NCBI GenBank assembly: GCA_964433095.1
Contig: CAYSPW010000003.1
Span: 7,034-71,033, forward strand
Source of the DNA: an uncultured Gammaproteobacteria bacterium
GTDB lineage: Bacteria > Patescibacteriota > Patescibacteriia > Magasanikbacterales > UBA922
Direction: 5' to 3'
DNA length: 64,000 bases
The notes beneath the pieces were generated by a model. The model saw only the letters and a list, made by a program, of their open reading frames with translations. It did not search any database and was not told where the DNA came from. This document shows, piece after piece, positions 28,004 to 36,638 of the stretch. Numbering within the stretch: the stretch's first letter is position 1; each line of letters begins with the position of its first letter. The translations under genes were made by a program, and so were the position numbers.

Positions 28004-28696
28004 CTACCGGCAGCAGTTGTAGCAAGACTGCCAGGTTTGGTAGGAACAAGAGAGGCCCATAAAGTCTGCCCATAGATCCCCTACGGAGAAGTCGTGGCAG
28101 TACTCGGTCCAGTTCAGGATGTCGCAGATTTCTTTGGCATAGCCAAGCAAGATCGTGCCATAGATCGAGGTACCGCAGTTTCGGCGCAGCTCACAGGACG
28201 CATAGCAGTGATTCAGGGGGTCATAATAGCGCAAAGCTCTTCGCACAACCCTTTGCACACAAACCGGATTTGTCAGGGCCTGTGTGTCCGTGGCCAACTC
28301 ACCGGTTTCTTCGTTGTCCGTTACTTCGAAGCCTTGGATCGGCTCGAACTCCTCCAAGTTGATGTGGGTCCAGCCTTGGAACCGGATGGCTGTGACCGCG
28401 ATGAGGCTTTCACCGATGTAGACTTCGGTATGGACAAAAGCGTCCGGATCCAAAGCTATTTCTTCGCTGAGCTTAAAGGTAAAGATACCCTGCTCACCGG
28501 TGACAGACTCATACTGGTAGTCACTGTTCTGGATTTTCACGGTGGCGCCTTCAATCGGTACGCCGTTGGCTTTGACTTGTCCGGCCACAACGTAGTAGGT
28601 GGACACACCCTCTTCTTCGAGTCCGGTTTCTCCACAGCCGACCAAGAAGCCTACGATGAAGAGTAGCGACAGGATGATTGACACACAGGTTTTCAT
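28004..28696 (-). CDS. Lipoprotein with CarbopepD_reg-like domain and C-terminal Cys-rich domain (GC-rich gene)
   Basis: Signal peptide with lipobox LVGCGE; VAGQVKANGVPIEGATVKIQNSDYQYESVTGEQGIFTF resembles the carboxypeptidase regulatory-like domain; C-terminal 90 aa with about 11 Cys. G+C is visibly much higher than the surrounding sequence. Confidence 0.5.
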   Translation of the reverse strand: MKTCVSIILSLLFIVGFLVGCGETGLEEEGVSTYYVVAGQVKANGVPIEGATVKIQNSDYQYESVTGEQGIFTFKLSEEIALDPDAFVHTEVYIGESLIAVTAIRFQGWTHINLEEFEPIQGFEVTDNEETGELATDTQALTNPVCVQRVVRRALRYYDPLNHCYASCELRRNCGTSIYGTILLGYAKEICDILNWTEYCHDFSVGDLWADFMGLSCSYQTWQSCYNCCR

Positions 28697-28951
28697 TTCT
28701 ACCTCCTCGAGTTGGTGGCCTTTTTACCCACCCTCCCTTTGGGTGAAGCAAGAGGCCTTTTTTAATGAACAAGTTAATTTTAACTTTTTTCAGTTCATGG
28801 AAAATTAAAAAGAATATAAAATTCATATAAATTTTTTCTAATTTAAATTTTTATCCACATAAAATAGTTTTAAAACCAGTCGGAATTTGATAGAATTAGT
28901 TAAAATATGGAAAAAAATTATTGTACAATTTTATCACATGATGAGTTAGTG

Positions 28952-28980
28952 GACCGCTCATAATTGAGTGGTCTTTTTTT
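28952..28980 (+). promoter_or_regulatory. Terminator-like hairpin in the leader of the UPRT-like gene (possible attenuator)
   Basis: GACCGCTCA-taat-TGAGTGGTC (9-bp stem, one G.U) followed by T7, about 55 nt upstream of the start codon. An alternative ATGAG/CTCAT pairing overlaps the 5-prime stem arm. Confidence 0.3.
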
Positions 28981-29037
28981 AAGAGTTCTTTTTTTGAAAA
29001 TATAATCGGAACAAATAAGACATAGAAGGAGGTGGTG

Positions 29038-29937
29038 ATGCAAAAAGTAAGAAGCGGATTGTGGTGTCGCCAGATCGGCGATGCCACTATTCACGTCATG
29101 GAGACGGCAGACAGCCTTAGGCTGGCGGGTAGCCGTCACCTTATCGGGGCTCGCAAGCGCGAGTTGATGAAGAGCGTGGTGGCCGGATTCTTTAAAGAGT
29201 TCGCTCACTTTTTTCGCAGAGCAGTTTTCAGCTGGGTGCTAATCGAGCGCGGCGGGCGATTCGTCGCCCCGACCGTGCTGGAGATGGAAGCCTGGTGGGG
29301 CAAGCGCGGTCCGATTACCCCCATCGAGATGAAACGTGTGCAGGATAAGAGTAAAGAAAGTGGCTGGGGCGGTCGTTTTTTGTGGGGCTTGGGAGATCTA
29401 TTCAAGCGGCCGGAACCTACGTGGGTAGTGGGGGAGACATGCCTGGCGAGCGGCACCACCTTGCATACCCTGGTATCGGTCGCCTGTGACCATGGGCGGC
29501 AGCCGAATCATCTGGTGGTGGTGTGTCCAATTGTCGGCTCTTATGGCCTGCGGCGTCTGTTGGGATTGTGCCAACAGAAGGGAATCAAGTTGACCGTGTT
29601 TACCACCGGCATCTGGTGGGTGAACGAGGAAGGGTATGAATCCACGTTGCCGTATACCGATTTCGTGTTGCGGCGAGGACCGGTTGAAGACGATGACCTC
29701 TACTTTGTAACTCCGGCCAGCGTGACCCGCTACCGCATCAATTACGGTGATAAGCCCGTCTGCGTGGTCGGCGACGCCGGCGACTCCATGGCGGTTGGCG
29801 ATGATGGCAGAGAGGATATGCGCGCCCAGTGCAATTACATGAGGGATACCATTACCGGATTTGAGCGTTTGGGCCTTGATTCGTACCGGCTTTTGTCGGC
29901 CTGGCCGATTGATTTTCTCAAGTCGGCCGTGGCCTAG
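29038..29937 (+). CDS. Uracil phosphoribosyltransferase-family (UPRT-like type I PRTase) protein, GC-rich gene
   Basis: LIERGG (cf. UPRT ILRAG), PRPP-binding loop VVGETCLASGTTL (cf. DPMLATGGS), and C-terminal VVGDAGDSMAVGDDG (cf. UPRT GLGDAGDR); 300 aa with extra N-terminal and internal segments. SD GGAGG 5 nt before the ATG at 29038. Confidence 0.5.
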   Translation: MQKVRSGLWCRQIGDATIHVMETADSLRLAGSRHLIGARKRELMKSVVAGFFKEFAHFFRRAVFSWVLIERGGRFVAPTVLEMEAWWGKRGPITPIEMKRVQDKSKESGWGGRFLWGLGDLFKRPEPTWVVGETCLASGTTLHTLVSVACDHGRQPNHLVVVCPIVGSYGLRRLLGLCQQKGIKLTVFTTGIWWVNEEGYESTLPYTDFVLRRGPVEDDDLYFVTPASVTRYRINYGDKPVCVVGDAGDSMAVGDDGREDMRAQCNYMRDTITGFERLGLDSYRLLSAWPIDFLKSAVA

Positions 29938-29942
29938 TGCTT

Positions 29943-29983
29943 GCCCGCTCATCATTTTGCAAAGTGGATGAGCGGGCTTTTTT
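29943..29983 (+). terminator. Rho-independent terminator
   Basis: Perfect 11-bp stem GCCCGCTCATC / GATGAGCGGGC with a 13-nt loop, followed by TTTTTT. Confidence 0.65.
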
Positions 29984-30011
29984 AATTGTTGTCTATTGTT
30001 TACAAATGGTG

Positions 30012-30040
30012 TTGACTGACAAAAAAATTTCATATACAAT
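30012..30040 (+). promoter_or_regulatory. Sigma70-like promoter for secD (TTGACT-N17-TACAAT)
   Basis: TTGACT 30012-30017, 17-nt spacer, TACAAT 30035-30040; ATG at 30056. Confidence 0.45.
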
Positions 30041-30055
30041 ACTGTCCAGTTTAAT

Positions 30056-32086
30056 ATGGCCAATAAAACTCAACAATCCAATACCCGTTCCAAAGTGCGC
30101 TGGGGCATAGTGGGAGTGCTGGCGCTTTTTTTGATTGCCGGTTTTTTTGACGCTCCAGCTTTGGCAAATAAATTGATAGATTCTGTAAATCAAACCGTAT
30201 CTCTGGGCCTGCCTCGCGTTCCGGAAAAGGATTTTAATCTGGGGCTTGATTTGCAGGGCGGAGCACATCTGATTTACCAGGCCGATATATCAGGGATTGA
30301 GGCGAACGAGCGAGGCGTAGCCGTGGAAGGAGTGCGAGATGTGATTGAAAGGCGAGTAAACGCGATCGGGGTTTCCGAGCCTAATGTTCAGACTACCAAA
30401 GTAAGTGGAGAATACCGCATTATCGTGGAGCTGCCCGGAATTAGTGATACTAATAATGCCATAAACATGATCGGCGAAACTCCAATATTGGAATTCAAAG
30501 AAGAAAATAATCAGCCGCAAAGAGAATTGACCGAGGTGGAAGAGCAAGAAATAGTGCAATACAACATGATGGCCACGCAAAGACTGGGTGAAGCCGTAGA
30601 AAAAATAAAATCCGGAGCGGATTTCGGATCCGTAGTCAGAGAATATTCCGAAGATGAACTGAGTAAAAACAACGGGGGGTATTTGGGATATATTGATAAA
30701 TTTTCACCTTATCCGGCTCTTTTCAGCTGGGCCGAAAATGCGCAAGAGGGGGAGATGGGGGAATTTATTCAGAGCGTGGACGGCATTAATATAGTTAAAA
30801 GAGGTCAAGAGAGAGACGGACAATTACAAGTGGAGTCCAGTCATATTTTGATCTGCTATATAGGAGCTCAGTATTGTGAAGAAGAAAATTTATCCAAAGA
30901 AGAAGCGTTTTTAAAAGCACAATCGATTTTTAATCTAGTGAACGCGGATAATTTCTCCGAATTGGCCGAAGAAAATTCCACCGACGCGGGGTCGGCGGCA
31001 AACGGAGGTTATCTGGGATTTGTAAATAAAGGAATGCTGGTTCCGGAAGTGGACGCGCCTTTGTTTAACGCCGAAGTGGGACAAATAATCGGTCCGATTG
31101 AATCACCGTTTGGCTATCATGTCATATACAAGCAAAGCGAATCCATTGGCAAGGAATATGAAATTTGGAGGTTATTGATCAAAACAAAATCAGCTGAAGA
31201 CATTTTACCCCCGGACGATCCGTGGAAATCAACCGGATTGTCAGGCAAGCAATTAAGCAAAGCCGAAGTGGTTACCGATCCGCAAACCGGAGCAGTGCAG
31301 GTATCGTTAATTTTTGATGGCGAAGGCAAGGATTTGTTCAGGGAAATAACCGAACGTAATTTGAATAAGCCGGTGGCAATCTTTTTGGACGGCGTGCCGA
31401 TCAGTATTCCGACCGTGAACAGTATAATTCCTGACGGCCGGGCCGTAATTCAGGGCAATTTCAACCTCAAGGAAGCGCAGTTGCTGGCACAAAGACTTAA
31501 CGCCGGCGCTCTGCCGGTCCCGGTTGAATTGATCTCTCAACAAAGTGTTGGAGCCAGTTTGGGGGCCGAATCTTTGCAGAAAAGCTTGAAAGCCGGCATC
31601 GCCGGGTTGATCGTGATAATGATTTTTATGCTGATTTATTACCGCTTGCCCGGATTGGTTTCGGTGATAGCTTTGTGTTTATACATTGCTTTGGCCTTGG
31701 CTATTTTCAAATTAATAGGAGTGACTCTCACTTTGGCCGGCATCGCCGGGTTAATACTTTCCATTGGCATGGCCGTGGACGCCAACGTGCTCATATTTGA
31801 GAGATTAAAAGAGGAGTTAAAACAAGGCAAAAGCTTGAGAACCGCGGTTGAGGAAGGCTTTTTGCGAGCTTGGACTTCAATTCGCGACGGTAATATTTCC
31901 ACATTGATTACTTGTGTTTTGTTGATTTGGTTCGGCTCCAGTTTTGTGCAGGGCTTCGCGGTCACTTTGGCGATCGGTATTTTGACTAGCATGTTTTCCG
32001 CCATTACGGTCACCAGAGTGATCTTGCGTTTCGTGGTACCGTGGTTTGGAAGCGGCAAGAGCCGATTGTTTTTGGGATCAAAATAA
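30056..32086 (+). CDS. secD: Protein-export membrane protein SecD with two inserted parvulin (PpiC-type PPIase) domains
   Basis: SecD N-terminal TM and P1 blocks (LGLDLQGGAHLIY, RVNAIGVSEPNV, IIVELPG) and C-terminal TM bundle (LGAESLQKS...GIAG). Between them are two PpiC-like repeats: the first degenerate, the second canonical (SHILI...ANGGYLGFVNKGMLVPEVDAPLF...GPIESPFGYHVIYK). Confidence 0.85.
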   Translation: MANKTQQSNTRSKVRWGIVGVLALFLIAGFFDAPALANKLIDSVNQTVSLGLPRVPEKDFNLGLDLQGGAHLIYQADISGIEANERGVAVEGVRDVIERRVNAIGVSEPNVQTTKVSGEYRIIVELPGISDTNNAINMIGETPILEFKEENNQPQRELTEVEEQEIVQYNMMATQRLGEAVEKIKSGADFGSVVREYSEDELSKNNGGYLGYIDKFSPYPALFSWAENAQEGEMGEFIQSVDGINIVKRGQERDGQLQVESSHILICYIGAQYCEEENLSKEEAFLKAQSIFNLVNADNFSELAEENSTDAGSAANGGYLGFVNKGMLVPEVDAPLFNAEVGQIIGPIESPFGYHVIYKQSESIGKEYEIWRLLIKTKSAEDILPPDDPWKSTGLSGKQLSKAEVVTDPQTGAVQVSLIFDGEGKDLFREITERNLNKPVAIFLDGVPISIPTVNSIIPDGRAVIQGNFNLKEAQLLAQRLNAGALPVPVELISQQSVGASLGAESLQKSLKAGIAGLIVIMIFMLIYYRLPGLVSVIALCLYIALALAIFKLIGVTLTLAGIAGLILSIGMAVDANVLIFERLKEELKQGKSLRTAVEEGFLRAWTSIRDGNISTLITCVLLIWFGSSFVQGFAVTLAIGILTSMFSAITVTRVILRFVVPWFGSGKSRLFLGSK

Positions 32087-32098
32087 CAAAAAATAATT

Positions 32099-33019
32099 AT
32101 GACGATTGACATTATAAAAAACAGAAAGATCAGCTTTGCGGTCTCGGCAATATTGTTTGTGATCAGTTTATTAGTACTGATTGTAGTCGGCCTCAATCCG
32201 GGAATTGATTTTACCGGCGGATCTTTACTTGAGGTGTCTTTTTCAAGCGAGCGGCCTCGGTTGAAAGCGGTCAAACAGACTGTTTCCATGCTTGATTTTG
32301 ATCTGAATTCGCCCGTTATTCAGCCGGTGGATCAAGATTCATATATTTTCAAGACCAGATTCATTACTGAACAAGAACATCAACAAATTTTGTCGATACT
32401 GAGGCAAGATTTTGAAACCGATGATAATAGGGTTTTGGAGGAAAGAGTAGAGACGGTCGGTCCGGCTATAAGCTCGCACTTGAAGTCCAGAGCAATCTAC
32501 GCGGTTGTGGCCGTGGTAATAGCGATTATCGCTTATGTGGCTTACGCTTTTCGCAAAGTGGCCAAACCGATTCAATCTTGGAAATACGGTTTGACCGCTA
32601 TTATAGCGCTGATCCATGACGTTACCATTACCATGGGAGTGTTCGCGCTGTTGGGAAAGTTCGCGGGTGTGGAAATTGACATTCCTTTCGTTGTGGCTTT
32701 GTTGACCATCTTGGGTTATTCGGTCAACGACACCATTGTCGTGTTTGACAGAGTGAGAGAAAATTTGATTAAAAAAGGCTCCAGCCAATTCGCGCAAACG
32801 GTCGCTTTGGGTGTAAATCAGACACTTACTCGTTCTTTTAATACTTCTCTTACCACCTTAATAGTATTGTTCGCTTTGTTTATATTCGGCGGTGCCACCA
32901 TTCATTATTTTTCCCTGGCTTTAATAATCGGCATCATACTGGGTACTTATTCATCCATATTTTTGGCCAGCCCGCTGTTGGTGGTATGGCAGGAGATGAA
33001 ATACAAAAAATTATCTTAA
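32099..33019 (+). CDS. secF: Protein-export membrane protein SecF
   Basis: SecF layout: N-terminal TM, periplasmic domain, C-terminal 5-TM bundle with GIDFTGG and ALIHDVTITMGVFAL blocks; immediately downstream of secD. Confidence 0.85.
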   Translation: MTIDIIKNRKISFAVSAILFVISLLVLIVVGLNPGIDFTGGSLLEVSFSSERPRLKAVKQTVSMLDFDLNSPVIQPVDQDSYIFKTRFITEQEHQQILSILRQDFETDDNRVLEERVETVGPAISSHLKSRAIYAVVAVVIAIIAYVAYAFRKVAKPIQSWKYGLTAIIALIHDVTITMGVFALLGKFAGVEIDIPFVVALLTILGYSVNDTIVVFDRVRENLIKKGSSQFAQTVALGVNQTLTRSFNTSLTTLIVLFALFIFGGATIHYFSLALIIGIILGTYSSIFLASPLLVVWQEMKYKKLS

Positions 33020-33103
33020 ATTTTATTTAGAACAAGAATTGCCATTGCCCTTTTGGGCTTTGTTTTTTTTTGATATAATATCAGTATAATAATTAATGGA
33101 TAT

Positions 33104-33265
33104 ATGTCGGATACTTTTATTAGGCATTTGGTTTCTTTTATTGGCACTTTGGTCGCACTGCTGGCATATTTTTCCGGATATATTTCCGGACAGAACGGCT
33201 GGTGGTGGACGGGAATCGGACTGGTGTTTTTGTATGTCATGATATACAAGCTGGTTGAGGTTTAA
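33104..33265 (+). CDS. Possible small membrane protein (53 aa)
   Basis: MSDTFIRHLVSFIGTLVALLAYFSGYISGQNGWWWTGIGLVFLYVMIYKLVEV; two predicted TM helices; stop lies 7 nt before the ATG of the next gene; no clear SD. Confidence 0.25.
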   Translation: MSDTFIRHLVSFIGTLVALLAYFSGYISGQNGWWWTGIGLVFLYVMIYKLVEV

Positions 33266-33272
33266 TAATAAT

Positions 33273-34691
33273 ATGTTGGTTGACTTTGGAATATTCACGT
33301 TCAATCTAAGGCCGTTATTGGAATTTTTTAATCAAACCATCGGCCAAATCGTTATCGGTCTGATAGCAATTTTCGGCTGGCTTTTTTTTGTTTGGCTACT
33401 TATTTTTGCCGCCATTACTTTTTATTTGGAATATCGGCAAAACAAGTATAGCGCGGATTGGAAATGGGTTTTGCTGGCCATCGATATCCCTCCCCTCAAT
33501 GTGCAGACTCCAAAGGCAGTGGAGCAAATGTTTGCGCATTTGGCCGGCGCTTTCAACCAGCCGGATATTGCGGAAAAATTCTATTACGGTTTCAAGCAGC
33601 GGTGGTTTAGTTTTGAAATTATCAGCATAGAAGGATATATACAATTTTTAATCAGGACCGAGGAATCTTTTCGTGATTTGGTTGAAGCTTCGATCTACGC
33701 GCAGTATCCGGAAGCGGAAATTACCGAAGTTGAAGATTATACTGATGACACCCCGGAGCAGTTCCCAAGCGATGACTATGATATTTGGATGGCCGATTTC
33801 GGCACTGAGCAAGATGATTCTTATCCAATTAGGACTTACCAGGATTTTCAAGACAGCATGTCCAAGGATGAGGTTTTAAAAGATCCGATGAGCGCTTTCT
33901 TGGAAAGTTTTTCCAGAATTGGTCCGGGAGAGCAAATGTGGTTTCAGATATTGCTGGAGCCGATTTCCAGTTCATGGAAAGAAAAATCAATAAGAAAAGT
34001 AAAAGAGTTGATTGGCGACAGCGCGGCCGCGGCCGAAGCCGGAAGCAAATTGGCTGATGCGATTACCAGATCTTCACTGAAGGCGATTGAGTCGATCGGC
34101 GATCAGATTTTCGGGCGCGAAGCATCGGCTTCGGCCGGAGGCGAGAGTGACAAACAACCGCCAAACTTGCTTCAGTACTTGACTCCGGGACAATCAAAAT
34201 TGGTGGAGGATATTGAGGAAAAGATCAGCAAGATTGGCTTCAAAGTAAAAATAAGGGCCGCGTATTTGGCTCGCCGTGAGGTTTTTAAAACCGAACGCGG
34301 GGTTAACTTGATAATTGGAGCCATCAATCAATTCAACAAGCCTAATACTAACTCCATAGTACCCACTTACGGAGTCAATGTTTCATATTTTTTTAAAGAT
34401 TCGCGTACCGCTCAAAGAAAGACAATGATGTTGAAAGCATACAAGAAGAGAAAGATGAACGTGGGTGCCAATCCGTTTGTATTGAATATTGAAGAATTAG
34501 CCACCTTATGGCATTTTCCGCTCGCGTATGTAAAAGCGCCGCTGGTGCAAAGAGCACAAGCCAGGCAGACCGAGCCGCCGATCGGGCTGCCGGTTGAAAA
34601 TGTGCCGGCTCCGGACACGGCCGAGAAAGAGGAATCAGAAGATCTTTTTGCCGACGATTTAGGATACAGCGAAGACATGGAATTCGGCTAA
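33273..34691 (+). CDS. Hypothetical N-terminally membrane-anchored protein (about 470 aa)
   Basis: One or two N-terminal TM helices, acidic middle region, no recognisable catalytic motif. ATG at 33273 preferred over the TTG at 33255. Confidence 0.35.
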   Translation: MLVDFGIFTFNLRPLLEFFNQTIGQIVIGLIAIFGWLFFVWLLIFAAITFYLEYRQNKYSADWKWVLLAIDIPPLNVQTPKAVEQMFAHLAGAFNQPDIAEKFYYGFKQRWFSFEIISIEGYIQFLIRTEESFRDLVEASIYAQYPEAEITEVEDYTDDTPEQFPSDDYDIWMADFGTEQDDSYPIRTYQDFQDSMSKDEVLKDPMSAFLESFSRIGPGEQMWFQILLEPISSSWKEKSIRKVKELIGDSAAAAEAGSKLADAITRSSLKAIESIGDQIFGREASASAGGESDKQPPNLLQYLTPGQSKLVEDIEEKISKIGFKVKIRAAYLARREVFKTERGVNLIIGAINQFNKPNTNSIVPTYGVNVSYFFKDSRTAQRKTMMLKAYKKRKMNVGANPFVLNIEELATLWHFPLAYVKAPLVQRAQARQTEPPIGLPVENVPAPDTAEKEESEDLFADDLGYSEDMEFG

Positions 34692-34794
34692 GCAAAAGCA
34701 TTGACACTGCTTTTAGGTGTATTTTTAAATTACACCTTTTTTTCTTGATTTTTATTTTAATCTGCGGTAATGTAGAGCCTGAACAAATATATTT

Positions 34795-36606
34795 ATGTCC
34801 GATACGCAGTTAATAAAAGATAAAATTGATATAGTTGATTTCATATCAGAATATGTACAGCTTAAACCGGCCGGTATTAATCACAAAGCATGTTGTCCTT
34901 TTCACCAAGAAAAGACACCGTCTTTTATGGTAAGTCGCGAGCGACAATCATGGAAGTGTTTCGGCTGCGGTAAGGGCGGAGACATATTTACATTCGTGCA
35001 GGAACTGGAAGGTATGGAGTTCGTGGAAACGCTTAAGTTTTTAGCCGATCGGGCCGGCGTGGAATTGTCTCACCGTGTCAGTGAAATTAATTCCAGTCAG
35101 AAGAACAGAATTAAGGATATCAATGGTGAGGCGTCTCGCTTTTTCCATAATTTCCTGTTCAAGATGCCCGCTGCCGTCGTTGTTTTGCGGTACCTGGAGC
35201 GGCGCGGTTTAAATTATGATTCTATTGCCGAATGGAAAATCGGATTTATACCCGATCAGTGGGATTTGTTAACTAAATATTTGTTGAAAAAGGGATATGG
35301 AATAGACGATTTGGTCGCGAGCGGACTAACCATTCAAAAGCAGGGCACGAATGAGCAAAGCCGGCGTGGGTACTACGATCGATTCCGCGGACGGATAATG
35401 TTTCCCATTTGGGACGTGCACGGCGTTGTATTGGGCTTTACCGGGCGTATATTGGTTGAAAAGGAAAATAGCGGTGGCAAATACATAAACACTCCGCAGA
35501 GCCTGGTCTACGATAAATCCAGAGTGATATTTGGTCTGAATAAAGCCAAACAGGATATTAAAGCCAGGGATTTAATAGTGATGGTCGAAGGTCAAATGGA
35601 TGTCATTTCGTCTTTCCAGGCCGGAGTAAAAAATACGGTCGCGTCGAGCGGCACGGCATTAACGCAAATGCAAATTAAGCTGCTCAAGCGCTATTCAAAA
35701 AATATAAACATGGCTTTTGACAGCGATGAGGCGGGAATTAAAGCGGCGCGCAGAGGAATTGAAACGGCTCTGAAAGAAGGTATGAACGTGAAAGTTATTC
35801 AAATTCCGCCGGAAGCAGGCAAGGATCCGGATGATTGCATCAGACAGGATCCGGCTACGTGGATAAAGGCGGTCAAGAGTGCTAAAGAAGTAATGGAATG
35901 GTATTTTGAAATGGCCTTCAGCGGTAGAGAGGTGTCCAATCCCAAGCACAAACAAATGATTGCCGATGAACTGTTGCCCGAGATAGATAATATCGCTTAC
36001 GCGGTGGAAAAAGACCATTGGCTGCGCGAATTATCTTATCGGCTCGCTGTGGAGTCGGATATATTGCGTCAAGACCTGACGCGTTTGCGCAAGCTGCGTC
36101 ATAAAAAGCTTGATCGTTTACACGCGCGAATTTCACCTCAAGAAGATGAAAAAAAAAGTGAACTGGCGGAAAAAGACAGACTGCATTTGTTGACAGAAAA
36201 ATTATTGGCGTTGTGGTTGAAATTTCCCGGCTTGATGAACAAGTATTTTATTCGCGCCGATGAGCAGGCTTTATCCACAACCGTCTTCGCGCCTCTTTAC
36301 GAATTGATCAAACAAGAGTATAATGACAGCAAAGCAATAGATATAGAGCTGCTTCGGGCCCGTTTCAGTGACGGGCAACATGAAGAGAATATAGTGGACA
36401 GCCTTCTCATGAAAAGCGAGTGGGTTATTACTGTTATTTCCGAGGAACAAGCCGAGGAGGAAATTGTCAGTTTAGTTGACAGTGTAAATAAAGAATGGAA
36501 GAAAAAAGTTAGATCCAAATTGCAGCGCCAAATCGAAGAGGCCGAAAAACAAGGAGATAATAAGCGTATTGAACAACTTTTGCATGAGTTTAATCAGTTG
36601 AATTAA
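34795..36606 (+). CDS. dnaG: DNA primase DnaG
   Basis: Zinc-binding CCPFHQEKTPSF...CFGCGKGGD; TOPRIM domain (VEGQMDVIS, DSDEAG). Confidence 0.9.
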   Translation: MSDTQLIKDKIDIVDFISEYVQLKPAGINHKACCPFHQEKTPSFMVSRERQSWKCFGCGKGGDIFTFVQELEGMEFVETLKFLADRAGVELSHRVSEINSSQKNRIKDINGEASRFFHNFLFKMPAAVVVLRYLERRGLNYDSIAEWKIGFIPDQWDLLTKYLLKKGYGIDDLVASGLTIQKQGTNEQSRRGYYDRFRGRIMFPIWDVHGVVLGFTGRILVEKENSGGKYINTPQSLVYDKSRVIFGLNKAKQDIKARDLIVMVEGQMDVISSFQAGVKNTVASSGTALTQMQIKLLKRYSKNINMAFDSDEAGIKAARRGIETALKEGMNVKVIQIPPEAGKDPDDCIRQDPATWIKAVKSAKEVMEWYFEMAFSGREVSNPKHKQMIADELLPEIDNIAYAVEKDHWLRELSYRLAVESDILRQDLTRLRKLRHKKLDRLHARISPQEDEKKSELAEKDRLHLLTEKLLALWLKFPGLMNKYFIRADEQALSTTVFAPLYELIKQEYNDSKAIDIELLRARFSDGQHEENIVDSLLMKSEWVITVISEEQAEEEIVSLVDSVNKEWKKKVRSKLQRQIEEAEKQGDNKRIEQLLHEFNQLN

Positions 36607-36638
36607 TTTAAATTCAACATAATCATTTAGGTTTTTTC

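Noticed and set aside
28094-28666. 190-aa plus-strand ORF antisense to the GC-rich lipoprotein gene
   Set aside because: Long open frames are expected by chance on the antisense strand of GC-rich DNA; translation is Arg/Gly/Val-rich with no signal peptide or motif, whereas the minus-strand product has a lipobox and a recognisable domain.
29398-30063. 221-aa minus-strand ORF antisense to the UPRT-like gene and crossing the terminator
   Set aside because: Same GC-rich antisense artefact; it runs through a perfect 11-bp terminator hairpin and into the secD promoter.
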